Source: Phoronis australis (taxonomy: Eukaryota; Animalia; Phoronida). From it: a DNA stretch of 53,386 nucleotides. A model generated the notes under the pieces. That model was not told the origin of the DNA. It ran no database searches and saw nothing but the letters and a program-made list of their open reading frames with translations. The translations under genes were made by a program, and so were the position numbers. The stretch's first letter is position 1. Each line of letters begins with the position of its first letter. Below, piece after piece: positions 13,206 through 25,604 of the stretch. The stretch is from NCBI GenBank assembly GCA_002633005.1, contig NMRA01000478.1, forward strand, positions 3,267 through 56,652. The letters are read 5' to 3'.

Positions 13206-13307
13206 TCACATTTTGATTGGACCATGAATGGCGTGCTCTACTCGTCGTAGTTTCTGTGACAACTGCAAGCTCGTGGCTAACTGGTCATCTTCTAAGGCAT
13301 CCATGAT
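13206..13307 (-). CDS. PlexB: Plexin exon 29, terminal coding part
   Basis: cttcag|IMDALEDDQLATSLQLSQKLRRVEHAIHGPIKM* (TGA at 13208-13206). Confidence 0.92.
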   Translation of the reverse strand: MMDALEDDQLATSLQLSQKLRRVEHAIHGPIKM

Positions 13308-14324
13308 CTGAAGAAACAAGGTTCAAGATGCACCGATGATGAGCACATATTTATTATTACCGTATACCCGGATTCTTCCAACCTCTGCTAATATGGAATT
13401 GAGTCGTTCACCTAAGCCTTGAATTTAATTTACCATGATGGCAAGAAAACAAAAAAGAGGCACTTTTATTTAGGGAACGATGTCATATTTTCAACACTAT
13501 ACACAGAGTCCAAACACTTGGTTTCCTTACTCAAACGATTGTTAGTGGCAAACCGCACACTATAGGATACATCCTTCAATTCTTAAGCTTTTCCATCTTT
13601 GAATAACAATAGTACTGCCACCAAGGTGCATCCCTCGTTTTTTGTTGTTTTCTGTCTCCTTTTCATTTTCAGTCTGTCATTATAGTGTTTGATCATTATG
13701 CAGTGTTTTGACTTAACAATCCAAACATCTGGACTCTGTTTACAATGCCATTTGTAAACATGTCATCGTAGGGCAAATAACTTTGTTATTTGTACTGTGT
13801 TATTTATTTGGCCTAAAACTAGAAATACCATGAAAAGATTGTACTCAACTTTCAGTTTTAGGTGAGAAATTAAGTTCGATTGAATTGAATCTGTCAAATT
13901 TTTTGGAAAGGGCATGCAAACATTACGATTGTCTGAAGCATCACCATGACTACAGTACTCAGCTACACCAGACAGAAAACAAGCTGGGAAAAATTATTCA
14001 ACTTCCAGAAATATATCTTAACTGAGAAATCATGCAGAATATCAAGTTGATAAAATATCAACTATGGTTCTCATGTTTTGTCAACACAGTGAGTCGAACT
14101 ATATGAAGCTTGTAGGACACACACGAAACTAGTCTGTTATGATCTGGTTTCAGGTTTATTTTGGCTCCAGCAGAAAAGTTATTAAACAATTATGGTGCAG
14201 CTAGCAAAGCAACTGTACATTCAGCCGTTGTGAACAAATGGAAGTGAATTTGATCTCAGAAGAAAGGGCTTTCCCAGGGTTTCCTGTTAATTTACTCCTC
14301 AAGTCTGTTCCATTGGTGACTTAC

Positions 14325-14399
14325 CTCGTGTTCATATTTCATCACATATTCATACAGCTCCTTCAGGGCAGCTGGACGGTGAAAACTCTCAGGTGCCTT
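14325..14399 (-). CDS. PlexB: Plexin exon 28
   Basis: tttcag|KAPESFHRPAALKELYEYVMKYEHE|gtaagt; 75 nt. Confidence 0.92.
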
Positions 14400-15202
14400 C
14401 TGAAATGAAGAAAGACGAAAGTAAAATATTTCCACTTGGCACAGTCACTATGTAAACAATGCCCATTACAAAGCCTTTGAAATAACTTTTCTTGCAACGG
14501 TCTTGAGTTTATGGAACACTTCGCTGATATGAATCACTGGGACTTGCTTGATCCTGTTGATTCCATGATCTCTACCTTAATGGTATGTAAAGAGGGAACA
14601 CGCTACCTACAGGAGTTTTGTAAAATTATGTGGCATGGCGTATGGCTAAACTTAAGGCTATAATATTAAACTATCAAAATTAGCGTACAATACTTAAGTC
14701 GTTGAAACCTAGTTTCAATACCACTCACATGCATTACATAGTGTGAGTCTTATTAACTTCCAGTGGTTAACAAGAAAGTTCATATGGCTAAGCTCAAAAA
14801 AGCAATCCACGTATGCATAAACTTACTACATACACAAAGTTCTATATGCTAAACAATAAGTTTCATTTGCAAATCATATCAAAATATACACAGTAAACGT
14901 AGCAGGACACAATATAGCAGACAAGTGACATTTGGCTATTTTCTTATTTTTCCATAATAAAAGCCATGTAGCAGTAAATTAGTGTTTTTCCATGTTCAAG
15001 TGTATCATACCATGGCCAGACAATATTTAAAAACGTATCATTCCCAACAATGTTAGAAGCCCTTGAAAAAATGCGTTAAAGGCAATTTTGGCACTTGCTT
15101 TTCACATGAAACTGATGAGATTTTACTATATTATTCCAAATTAATCAACAAAACGAAAAATAAAATACAACATAGAAAACCAGTAGTAGAAGGAGAACTT
15201 AC

Positions 15203-15343
15203 TCTTGAGATGTCAACCATGGCGGAATGCATTTCCTGTTCACTCAGGGAAGGTAATTGCTGCACACCAGTATAGAAGTTCTCCACATATTTCTTGTATG
15301 TAGGTATGTCTTTGGCAAAAAGCAGTTTATTGGTGGGCGAATC
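15203..15343 (-). CDS. PlexB: Plexin exon 27, copy left of the gap (probably allelic duplicate)
   Basis: Same peptide; one synonymous TAT/TAC difference seen; flanks a 344-N gap. Confidence 0.78.
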
Positions 15344-15382
15344 CTGCACAAAATCATCAATTGAAGTTTAAGAAATATGCAA

Positions 15383-15726
15383 NNNNNNNNNNNNNNNNNN
15401 NNNNNNNNNNNNNNNNNNNNNNNNNNNNNNNNNNNNNNNNNNNNNNNNNNNNNNNNNNNNNNNNNNNNNNNNNNNNNNNNNNNNNNNNNNNNNNNNNNNN
15501 NNNNNNNNNNNNNNNNNNNNNNNNNNNNNNNNNNNNNNNNNNNNNNNNNNNNNNNNNNNNNNNNNNNNNNNNNNNNNNNNNNNNNNNNNNNNNNNNNNNN
15601 NNNNNNNNNNNNNNNNNNNNNNNNNNNNNNNNNNNNNNNNNNNNNNNNNNNNNNNNNNNNNNNNNNNNNNNNNNNNNNNNNNNNNNNNNNNNNNNNNNNN
15701 NNNNNNNNNNNNNNNNNNNNNNNNNN
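15383..15726. other. Assembly gap, 344 N
   Basis: Run of n. Confidence 0.99.
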
Positions 15727-16243
15727 GTACAATACTTAAGTCGTTGAAACCTAGTTTCAATACCACTCACATGCATTACGTAGTGTGAGTCTTATTAACT
15801 TCCAGTGGTTAACAAGAAAGTTCATATGGCTAAGCTCAAAAAAGCAATCCACGTATGCATAAACTTACTACATACACAAAGTTCTATATGCTGAACAATA
15901 AGTTTTATTTGCAAATCATATCAAAATATACACAGTAAACGTAGCAGGACACAATATAGCAGACAAGTGACATTTGGCTATTTTCTTATTTTTCCATAAT
16001 AAAGCCATGTAGCAGTAAATTAGTGTTTTTCCACGTTCAAGTGTATCGTATCATGGCCAGACAATATTTAAAAACGTATCATTCCCAACAATGTTAGAAG
16101 CCCTTGAAAAAATGCGTTAAAGGCAATTTTGGCACTTGCTTTTCACATGAAACTGATGAGATTTTACTATGTTATTCAAAATTAATCAACAAAACGAAAA
16201 ATAAAATACAACATAGAAAACCTCTAGTAGAAGGAGAACTTAC

Positions 16244-16384
16244 TCTTGAGATGTCAACCATGGCGGAATGCATTTCCTGTTCACTCAGGGAAGGTAATTG
16301 CTGCACACCAGTATAGAAGTTCTCCACGTATTTCTTGTATGTAGGTATGTCTTTGGCAAAAAGCAGTTTATTGGTGGGCGAATC
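16244..16384 (-). CDS. PlexB: Plexin exon 27, copy right of the gap
   Basis: gtacag|DSPTNKLLFAKDIPTYKKYVENFY...MVDISR|gtaagt; 141 nt. Confidence 0.9.
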
Positions 16385-16867
16385 CTGTACAAAAGCATCC
16401 ATTGAAGTTTAAGAAATATGCAATAAATCGGTGATCTCACTAGAGGGCTTTTCACTAATGTTTAAAAAGATGGAGCTGACTTGAAAATTTCATGTATAAC
16501 CACAACCATCGCCATATGTCATACTGTTCGTGATGCCATGGGTAAGGCCTGTTGAACACTTGCATCAGGACTAATCTGCAGAAACTGGATAATTTGAAAT
16601 TGAAGTACAAAAAGAAAATAAATTTCGCTTTAAGCTACGTATGTTTTCGTTTTACTTAACGTGTAATCAGTAAACCATGAAATGTGTAAAATAACTGTGT
16701 GAGAATTTTCATACAATTACATAAAATTCAGCACAAAGTAAGAATTCAAAGACAGATTTTGTAAGGACTGCTGAAGCATTTTTATTCATAAATGCAAAAG
16801 AGAATGGAATGAGGCAGTTTTAAACTCGTGAGCCTGTAGGACTTCAAGTTACCAAACTGATCGATAC

Positions 16868-17015
16868 CTTGCCAAGCCTGTGTTCTGACGTTGAGCATGA
16901 GTCCATTAAGGTCCCAGCAATGACTGAAAGACTAGAGTCAACAATGGCCGACTTCTTGATGTCGAAGACAAAGTCAGGGTTCTTGATTATGTTCACCCAA
17001 AACCTTAAAGGAAGA
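16868..17015 (-). CDS. PlexB: Plexin exon 26 (GAP C2 with LRFW)
   Basis: ttccag|(S)[19 protein letters not shown]...[21 protein letters not shown]|gtatcg; 148 nt. Confidence 0.95.
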
Positions 17016-17561
17016 CTGGAAGAGAAGACAGCAATTGCAACCTGTGTGTCGGAGGCTACTTGTGTTCAATTAAACATCCAAAACTCTTTTAAGAGTGTCC
17101 ATAACAAATTTAGTTCTTCAAGCAAAATCTGATCTATGTTTTTGCTTTTGTAAACAAATACTATAACATGTATACAAACAAATACGGTCACCACAGATGA
17201 CAATATAGCAATATACACACACCACCATAGCTTTTTGCGACAAACAACTATTCTATACCTATTCAGCAACATGTAGGATCAGTTTTCTCATAGGTGCCAC
17301 CTTAAGGCAGAAATTTTAATTCCGTGCTACTGTCCCATGTGGCCATGTAGAGAAAGTGACCGGAGGTCATCAAAAGTGATATTATCTCAGCTAGGGTTAT
17401 TTATCAGTTGGCATTGTCTTGGGTAATCACTTTCCCCAAAGCCCCAGGTCTCCATTTGTCTCAATTTCGGATGTGCGTCAGCACCCACGTATCTATTATG
17501 TGCGAGACCAATTGCATTCTACACACATTTACTCCTACATCGTTTCCTCCACATTTCTCAC

Positions 17562-17722
17562 CTATTACTTTTCCACGTGTACACCACTTCGGGATCTACA
17601 ATACCGTGTTGCCTGGCTGATTCATCGAGAAAGTCGAACAGATACTTGACGGCAGGAGGTAGACGTTCACCAACGGCAAGGATATTTTGGAAGAGGTCGT
17701 CGATGAACTTTTGTAGTGTACC
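17562..17722 (-). CDS. PlexB: Plexin exon 25 (GAP C2)
   Basis: ctgcag|[11 protein letters not shown]...[13 protein letters not shown]...[11 protein letters not shown]|gtgaga; 161 nt. Confidence 0.95.
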
Positions 17723-20633
17723 CTGCAGAGAAGAAACATAGGGTCAGATGTACACATGAGACTCCTAGAACATTATAGGTATACACGTATCATATGAAAT
17801 CGTATAACAAAAACGCAAAGATGAGTGAATAAATGGCTCCTATATGTGCTATGTGCGGGTAAAGTGAACAAAATAAGCTGAATGGTTACAGGTAATAAAC
17901 CCTACAAAGGAACTCTCTCGGTGAATTAATTCTTCACATTCCCAACTGATACTAAGCACACCCGGAATATATTCTGTACTTGCTGAAGTCTATTCAGAGC
18001 ACTAGAGGATTGTTTTGTCAATAGTATCCAGGATACAAGAATCAAAACAAACTAACCCTTGTTTAATTCTGAATTGAACCAACACTTGCCAACTTGTATT
18101 ATAGCATGCGATATATAACCTTCGGGCTAAAACCCAGTATTTTGCAAGTGAAAATTTCCATTATTGTCCGAAAGAGCTCGACTTTGAAATAAAACATCTT
18201 GCGTTTCATCCAAAAACAGCAAATTTTACTTTCCAATCGTAACCAACAAAAAAGACATCATTAGAATCTCAGCCGTCACATTGCTGTGAAACGGTCGGCA
18301 TGGCTGATCTCTCTCCACCAGACGGATGGTTTAAGGACAACTAGAAGATTTTTGATCCACGCTGATGTTGTAAACAACCATGTTTTCAGTGCTGAAGTCA
18401 GCCCAGCAACATGTGGAGAATTCCAACAATGCCAAGCCATGTAAGCAAGTTCTTTATTGGTCAGTCACTCGTGGACTAACGTCAGGTGACCAATCGTGAA
18501 ATGGCAAGAGCGATATGTAAATTACATTATATATTAGTTCTCACAATACACCTTATTGGTCAATGCACTCTTGACCATTTCCATCATTTACTAGATTTTT
18601 CTGCCCTTAACTTCACGGATTTCACTTAAAAATGCAAATAACTTTAAAATTAATTATTAATATCTGTAATATTTTAAAACCTGTACAGGATTTGTTGAAT
18701 ACAGGTAAATCCACAACAGTTGGCAATTCTGACATGGGGATTGTGAGACAAATTAGGTTGCTATTCATATTACAGAATCAATAACTCAGCTATCAGTTAA
18801 TACACCCAAATGGCACATATGAACTTTCAAACAATCGATAACAAAGGATGAAGATAAAAAGGCACTGCTTATCACCCTAACCCGATGATTATGCAAGGTA
18901 ACAAGTTTATTATCAATTTGATATGGCACATTCTCGTTTAAGTGTTTTTTAGATAACAGGGCAACAGTAAATTTAACAAGTTATATTCTACTGATCATTA
19001 AGTAACTTCGAACCAATACTCTTAATTTCTTCACCAACAGTTCTCTACAAGGTCTTTCACACTGACACCCAAGCTTCAATGCCACCAAAGTTATCGGCAG
19101 GGCTTTTGCCAACAGAGGGCGGTGATAGGTTAATATTAATTAATATTCCGTAATAATGTTTCTTACTTTGTAAGCATTCTCTTTCAATTCAACTCTTTGT
19201 TAGCTGGATTTTCTACATTAAAAAACATAGAGAGTGCAAAACAAGCTCCATTCATAACGCTTTTGTTTGGGTCAGCTGTTAACCTACACAAGAGTCAATC
19301 TTTTAATAAGTAATCTTCTAGCACATTGTCATCGTCCTAACGTGGCAACCATTGGCAGCCTTGTGAACTTCACATTCTACTTTCCATTTGAGGTCCTGGC
19401 TATTATTGATGACAAAAACAATAACGCCAAGGCATATGACCATGTCATGTTAGCGCTGCTCTGTGATAACTTTGCTAACTATCTTCTGCACTAACTTCAA
19501 ATGCTTAATGTCACAGTTTACCTCTGTTGACATCAAAGTCTGGATACAGCAGTGTAGTTAACTTTATGGGAAAAGGCCTTATCACTGCATAGGTTCTGCA
19601 AAGAGCTATTCAGAATTAAGGGGGAGGGGGTAATAAAATAATTATCTTCTTAGTCAGGGCCATGAACCCTTTGTTAAGCTGTGTTTAGTTGCACAGTGCA
19701 ACTGGAATATGCATGACTAAAAGCAAGGTTCAGGAAGAACTATTTTCACTGACCATGCATATCAATTTCATAAGGACTATTGTGTGTGTGAAGGGCACTC
19801 TTGATATACAACCATTCATCAACATTTTAAGCCACTACGACCACTTATTACTTCCTCCAAGCCTAACATGATATGTATTTTTAGTAATACTTTTGCTTGG
19901 TAATTGCTTACATTATTTGAGTTAATGACTAAAATGTGGTTGGCAGATAGTGGAATCAAAATAGATAGTGATTTAAATTTTATATTATAAGGATGCTGTT
20001 GTTTTGTAATACTTTGTGAAAAACAAAGAGAAGCCACAAACTTATGGTGTTATAAGTGGATGCTGGTGGTTAATGAAAGTAAAGCAAGTATTGTTCATTA
20101 AGAAATAGAAAGGTTCCAACCTCTAATGTTTTGATTGAGCTTGCAGGCAGAGGTCTGAATTATATGATTAAAGTACAAATATATATGAATACACTTGGAT
20201 GAATTTTCGAAGACAGTGCTAACTGCAGCTGGTAGAGCATTTGGTGGAGTTATCACAAAGTACAAAACTGTAAAACATGTTGGTTTTAATACATGGGCGA
20301 GTTATTCCTGTTATGGAGTATAGGGTTGACATTTGGGAATTTAATTGACACTGTTGAGAAAATATTCAATACCGTGCCATGACACACATTCAGGGTTCTC
20401 CCTCCGCTTCAAGCCTACATTATTCTTGCACTGCGAGGGGATTTAAGATGACTTCCTACACGGTTTAAACTAATAGTTTTGTGTGCATGATGAGACATAA
20501 GAAGAATAGACTTAGTTATTGACTTGGAATTCCAGCACCTCATTGGAACAAATTTTGGGTGCGGTTTCAGTAAATGTGGTAAAATTGGTCAAGACACTGA
20601 GGTCCCACAAAACATGAAGGTCAGAACACCAAC

Positions 20634-20794
20634 CTTTGTGGATAGTAGCCTGGTAAGGAATATCTCAGAGATAGCCTTGTGTCGGTCCCTCTGCATCATG
20701 TCATCTGACTTGACTAAGTGCCAGCACTTAGCACCATTCTCACAGCTCATGAGGGGAGTGTTGGCCTGGACGGAGAGGGAGGTTGTGTCCATGC
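20634..20794 (-). CDS. PlexB: Plexin exon 24, copy A (probably allelic duplicate)
   Basis: Same splice positions and peptide as copy B; two synonymous differences seen. Confidence 0.8.
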
Positions 20795-22170
20795 CTGCAA
20801 CAGAGTGTGGTATTTGATTTCATCATCAAAACTTTTCAGTGTAAACCATCAGTCCCACTTACAAACTTTAAAGTATCTGTACTGGGGCAGTTTCTATGAT
20901 AGTATCACACACATACGGCCATCTTGTTTGGGCACATATTTGAGTGTGGCCTTACATTTGAATATAAGGGCATAGTTTGGCAGTTTTATGCAGTTTGTTA
21001 GTTTTTGACAACTATCGCATTCGCATATACAGTATTTATCACTGTGGTCATGGATAAATGGCAGAAAACAAGAAAAAATAGGTCTTTTACCCAAGGAAGC
21101 AGTGTGGACTTATATTCAAGTATAACATTTCTGAACACAGGGTCATGATCATATTTAGTCCACAGCCTTGTGTTGAGAAACGTTGCAGTTTCAATAATAT
21201 TGTGGGCTCATATTCGGCATTTTACAGTATGCCATGACTCAATCATGTCTATTTCCATACTGCATATCTTAGGGGCCTAAATAAAAAATAGTTCACCCTT
21301 AACCCATCAACCCACTGAAAACCTGTCAACTCAGAAAATTTCATTGACAAAATTCCTCCGACTGCTTATTTCATTTATTTCTGTACAGTGCTGTAATCAA
21401 TTTCACACTTAATTGATGACTCAGACCATGAATAAGTCTGTACTGGCAACGTGGTCGTTTCGTAACAAAAAAGGACAAAAATCCTTCAACAAACTCTCAA
21501 ACTTAAGTTGTTAATTTTTAAACACTCTTGAAGAAGGCGTGGCTCATTGGTTGAGAAATAGTAGCAAAATTCATATATGAAGTTACAAAAAAATTTGCCT
21601 ACCTAATCTACCAAGATGTTAAACAAAGGTATTTTAAAGACTGGCCTAGAGACCCTAATTTTCCATAACAGAAAATGGACAAGAAAAGTGACTTGCACAA
21701 CTAACAACGTTTACTTAATGTTGCAATAATATGTTCCTCATATATTCTGCTGAGTGCACAAAGTAATTGGGCAAATTCCCAAACCCCAAGGCAGCAATTG
21801 AATTTTGAAGTAAGTCAAGTGTCATCATACAAATCTTGGGACATCAAGTGGCTGTTCATTCTTTCTGAGGGTGGTGCTGACCTTTTTGTGGTTTTAAGAA
21901 ACAACAAATTAACATGGCATTGAGCACAAAGTATTGGTAACACAGAGTTGTTGCGTGATTAAGCAGAAAAAGGTCATTTTAAATTTGATATTTATAACTT
22001 TGAAACGGTAAAGCTGAATTTCATAATATACAGAATTTTATCTTCACTAAAACTAATTTCTTGGTTTTTGAAAACCAACAACCGTCATGGTTTCTGCATA
22101 TCTTACAGTTTTAATACCCACTCCCAAAGATTGTCATTCTTGACAAAATGAAATGACTTAAGATGCTCAC

Positions 22171-22338
22171 CATTTTTATTAGCACCGTTGTGGTGTTGTT
22201 TAGGGACTAATGCCATTAGAGCTTCGTCCTGCACCTTGTAATGATCTAGCGTGTTCAGCTTCTTCCAGCTGTCCTCTACTACTGTGGTCAAGTCGTCATC
22301 GGCCAGAGTAAGATGGCCGCCGCGGCCCTGCCTCCACT
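22171..22338 (-). CDS. PlexB: Plexin exon 23 (RBD), copy A (probably allelic duplicate)
   Basis: Same splice sites and peptide as copy B; two synonymous differences seen. Confidence 0.8.
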
Positions 22339-23978
22339 CTGCAACATAGATGGGGACACATGCATGCACAAAACAATGGTAGTGTGTTTTCAACATTACA
22401 TATTTTATTATGAATCATCTTGAGTTCAGTTTCATGAATTTACTTTTCATTCCTTGCTTATCCAATTTACATTTTAGCCCCCCCCCCTCCCCCGCGCAAA
22501 TAGCTATTACATTGTTACAATATAAATTTGCCAATCAATCTTGATTGCTTACAATGGTATTCAGCTGTCACATGGTGGAGTTACCAGACAACTCAGGAAG
22601 TTGTTTAACTTAGGTTACAGTTCATTACAACAAGTGTCGTCTATGCTTAAGACCCAACTGATACGGTATAAAGTCTCCAATCCCAGACTAAAATAACTCC
22701 GAACTTCTCAAGGTCCATGTATGGGAAATTTTCACTTATTTAGTAAACAATAGATATTCTAATTTTAACCTAATTTCTCTACAAAAGTAAAGATAATTAT
22801 TTTAGTTTTTTACAAGCATGATTTGTACTATGAAGATATCATAAAACAATTTATGGCAAACTTTACATTATTTGCAGAAAAGCACCGATTCTATCTGTAG
22901 AAAATGGAAAATGACAACTTGGCAATTATTTTTGGGCGAAATCAGCGCAGAATTACCGTAATTTCTCAAAACAGTTTCTTATGGTTGCTATGGAAATTAA
23001 AGATTGAATGCTACTTATCCTTCATGAATACAATTTCACCTCTCAACTAATTACGTTCCCTGAACTGGCGAAATTTTACCCGGTGTCAAGAATATTTTGC
23101 AGGTACTTCAAACTGGATAATTGTTGATTGAAATCACTGATAAGGATTTTAAAAATCACACTTTAAACCTCCTCTAGGCACCAAAAATTAAGTGATTCAC
23201 AAAATAGCCTATTTTGTCAAATCTCACTAGTCTTTTTAGACTTCTTTCCAAACTAAAATCTGAAAAACACAGTCAGGGCATTGATATGCACCCACCGTGT
23301 GCATTACAAATGACAATGGAGTCGGGTGATATTTTTTTTAAACATTTTCATGTATTGGAGTCTAAACACTTTTCAATTAATTTTATAATTGATGCTTTGT
23401 GGTGCACTCATCCTGTCAACTTCTGAAATGATTCTTAAAATGAAATACAGAAGAAACTACGTCAAACACTGGAATTCGCTTCCTTGTTAAACATCCTGTT
23501 TTTGCAACGCGAACAATTGAAAAACCAACTTTGTTTTTAAAATCGTTAGCGCTGCAAAATTTGGACTGTGAACAGATGAAGGAAGTTTACACACAGAGTA
23601 ATCTATCTTCGCACCTTTAATGACTTCGATGACAGTCATATAGCAGGTCAGCCCTAGAAAAGTCCCGGCTATTTTTCAACAAGTATTTTCACGATACATA
23701 CTTTGCTGCTCAGATAGAGAGCACTAGTTCATCTCTCACATCGGCAGCTAACCTTTTTACAAATTTTTTAACTTGAAACTCTGAAAGGGTGTAGGCTACC
23801 ATAGAATAGTATATCTTCAAAACCCTTATGGGAATGTTGGATGACAAAGTTTTGGTTCCCACTGCAGCATGCCCCTCCAGCACATTTCAATGCCAGTCAA
23901 AGAGAATGGTAGTGCCATACTTACTGGTACATACGTGTCAGAACTTAATTTTGCGACCTCCAATTTGGGAGTATTTAA

Positions 23979-24657
23979 AGGCGAAGGCAACCTTTTTCCA
24001 TGTCATTTTGAGCTAAAATAAGGTTGGTTGGTTATCCTAAACATATTTTCCACTTAATTACAGCTTTTCGTAATTTTATTAATTACTCGTCCGCTACTCC
24101 GGAAGTGACGTTTTAGGAGGCAAGCATTTCGCGCCAATTTCTTTTCATATATTCTGACTGTGAGAGCTGCCGAGTCAGTCATTGTTCTACCTCGGTTGTG
24201 TTAAGTTCCGTCGTCGTTTGCTTTCATTTACTAGTCAGTCAACATGCCACACTGTTGCTGCGCACCAGGATGTACTAATTATCGGCTCACGCGCGCTTTG
24301 GGTGTACCTTTGCATCGCTTTCCGATGGATGACACACTTCGCCGTACTTGGCTCGTTCGTGTGAACAATGCAGTGTTACCCGTCCACGCAACGTAAAAAG
24401 CAGTGGAGAATTACCGTGTTTGTGGCAAGCACTTTCTGCCGTACGATTACGAAAGGGATTTGTACGCTGAATTGATGAAGGTCCCTGCGAAACAACGTCT
24501 GAAGAAGGATGCCATTCCGTCTGTGATGATTCCCGGCAGTGCCCCGTCGCCACCCCCGAGAAGTGCGTTTTTGAAGCGAAAAGCCTCGCGAGCTGTGGCC
24601 AGTACAGTGACTGGAGCCAGTGGAGGCACTTCATCTACTGTCACCCGTGCCTCCGAA
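23979..24657 (+). mobile_element. 5' part of a THAP-coding DNA transposon inserted at TTAA (Kolobok-like)
   Basis: Copy A reads gtatTTAA|aggcgaagg where copy B reads gtatTTAA|tgccacag (empty site); a THAP reading frame follows; cut off by the N. Confidence 0.75.
24244..24657 (+). pseudogene. THAP zinc-finger ORF with in-frame TAA at 24394-24396
   Basis: MPHCCCAPGCTN...LHRFP...W...AT*KAVENYRVCGKHF...LKKDAIPSV: C2CH ligands, conserved P/W/F residues and an AVP-type box of THAP domains. Confidence 0.85.
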
Positions 24658-24658
24658 N

Positions 24659-24679
24659 CCCCCCCTAAATCCGCCTATG
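24659..24679. mobile_element. Terminal fragment of the same MITE family as 1-176
   Basis: ccccccctaaatccgcctatg abuts the start of repeat copy B and is absent at the homologous site 19867. Confidence 0.65.
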
Positions 24680-25443
24680 CATGACATGTATTTTTAGTAA
24701 TACTTTTGCTTGGTAATTGCTTACATTATTTGGGTTAATGACTAAAATGTGGTTGGTAGATAGTGGAATCAAAATAGATAGTGATTTGAATTTTATACTA
24801 TATGGATGATGTTGTTTTGTAATACTTTGTGAAAAACAAGGACAAGCCACAAACTTATGGTGTTATAAGTGGATGCTGGTGGTTAATGAAAGCAAAGCAA
24901 GTACTGTTCATTTAGAAATAGAAAGGTTCCAACCTCTAATATTTTGAATGAGCTTGTAGGCAGAGGCCTGAATTACATGATAAAAGTACAAAATATATAT
25001 GAATACACTTGGATAAATTTTCGATGACAGTGCTAACTGCAGCTAGTAGAGCATTTGGTGGAGTTATCACAAAGTACAAATCTGTAAAAGATGTTGGTTT
25101 TAATACATGGGCGAGTTATTCCCGTTATGGAGTATAGGGTTGACGTTTGGGAATTTAATTGACACTGTTGAGAAAATATTCAATACCGTGCCATGACACA
25201 CATTCAGGGTTCTCCGCTTCAAGCCTACATTATTCTTGCACTGCAAGGTGATTTAAGATGACTTCCTACACGGTTTAAACTAATAGTTTTGTGTGCATGA
25301 TGAGACATAAGAAGAATAGACTTAGTTATTGACTTGGAATTCCAGCACCTCATTGGAACAAATTTTGGGTGGAATTTCAGTAAATGTGGTAAAATTGGTC
25401 AAGACAATGAGGTCCCACATAACACGAACGTCAGAACACCAAC

Positions 25444-25604
25444 CTTTGTGGATAGTAGCCTGGTAAGGAATATCTCAGAGATAGCCTTGTGTCTGTCCCT
25501 CTGCATCATGTCGTCTGACTTGACTAAGTGCCAGCACTTAGCACCATTCTCACAGCTCATGAGGGGAGTGTTGGCCTGGACGGAGAGGGAGGTTGTGTCC
25601 ATGC
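25444..25604 (-). CDS. PlexB: Plexin exon 24, copy B
   Basis: ctacag|(G)MDTTSL...WHLVK...KAISEIFLTRLLSTK|gttggt; 161 nt; same peptide as 20634-20794. Confidence 0.88.

Larger units (their letters stand above)
14685..16423. repeat. About 0.7-kb direct repeat (14685-15382 / 15727-16423) flanking an assembly gap
   Basis: Near-identical copies; one ends and the other begins exactly at the N run. Confidence 0.93.

Noticed and set aside
15244-15776. Five long poly-X ORFs
   Set aside because: Artefacts of translating the N gap.
18095-18535. Possible non-autonomous element with tata-ended termini and an inner ttggtca/tgaccaa pair
   Set aside because: The terminal match is too weak to define boundaries by eye.
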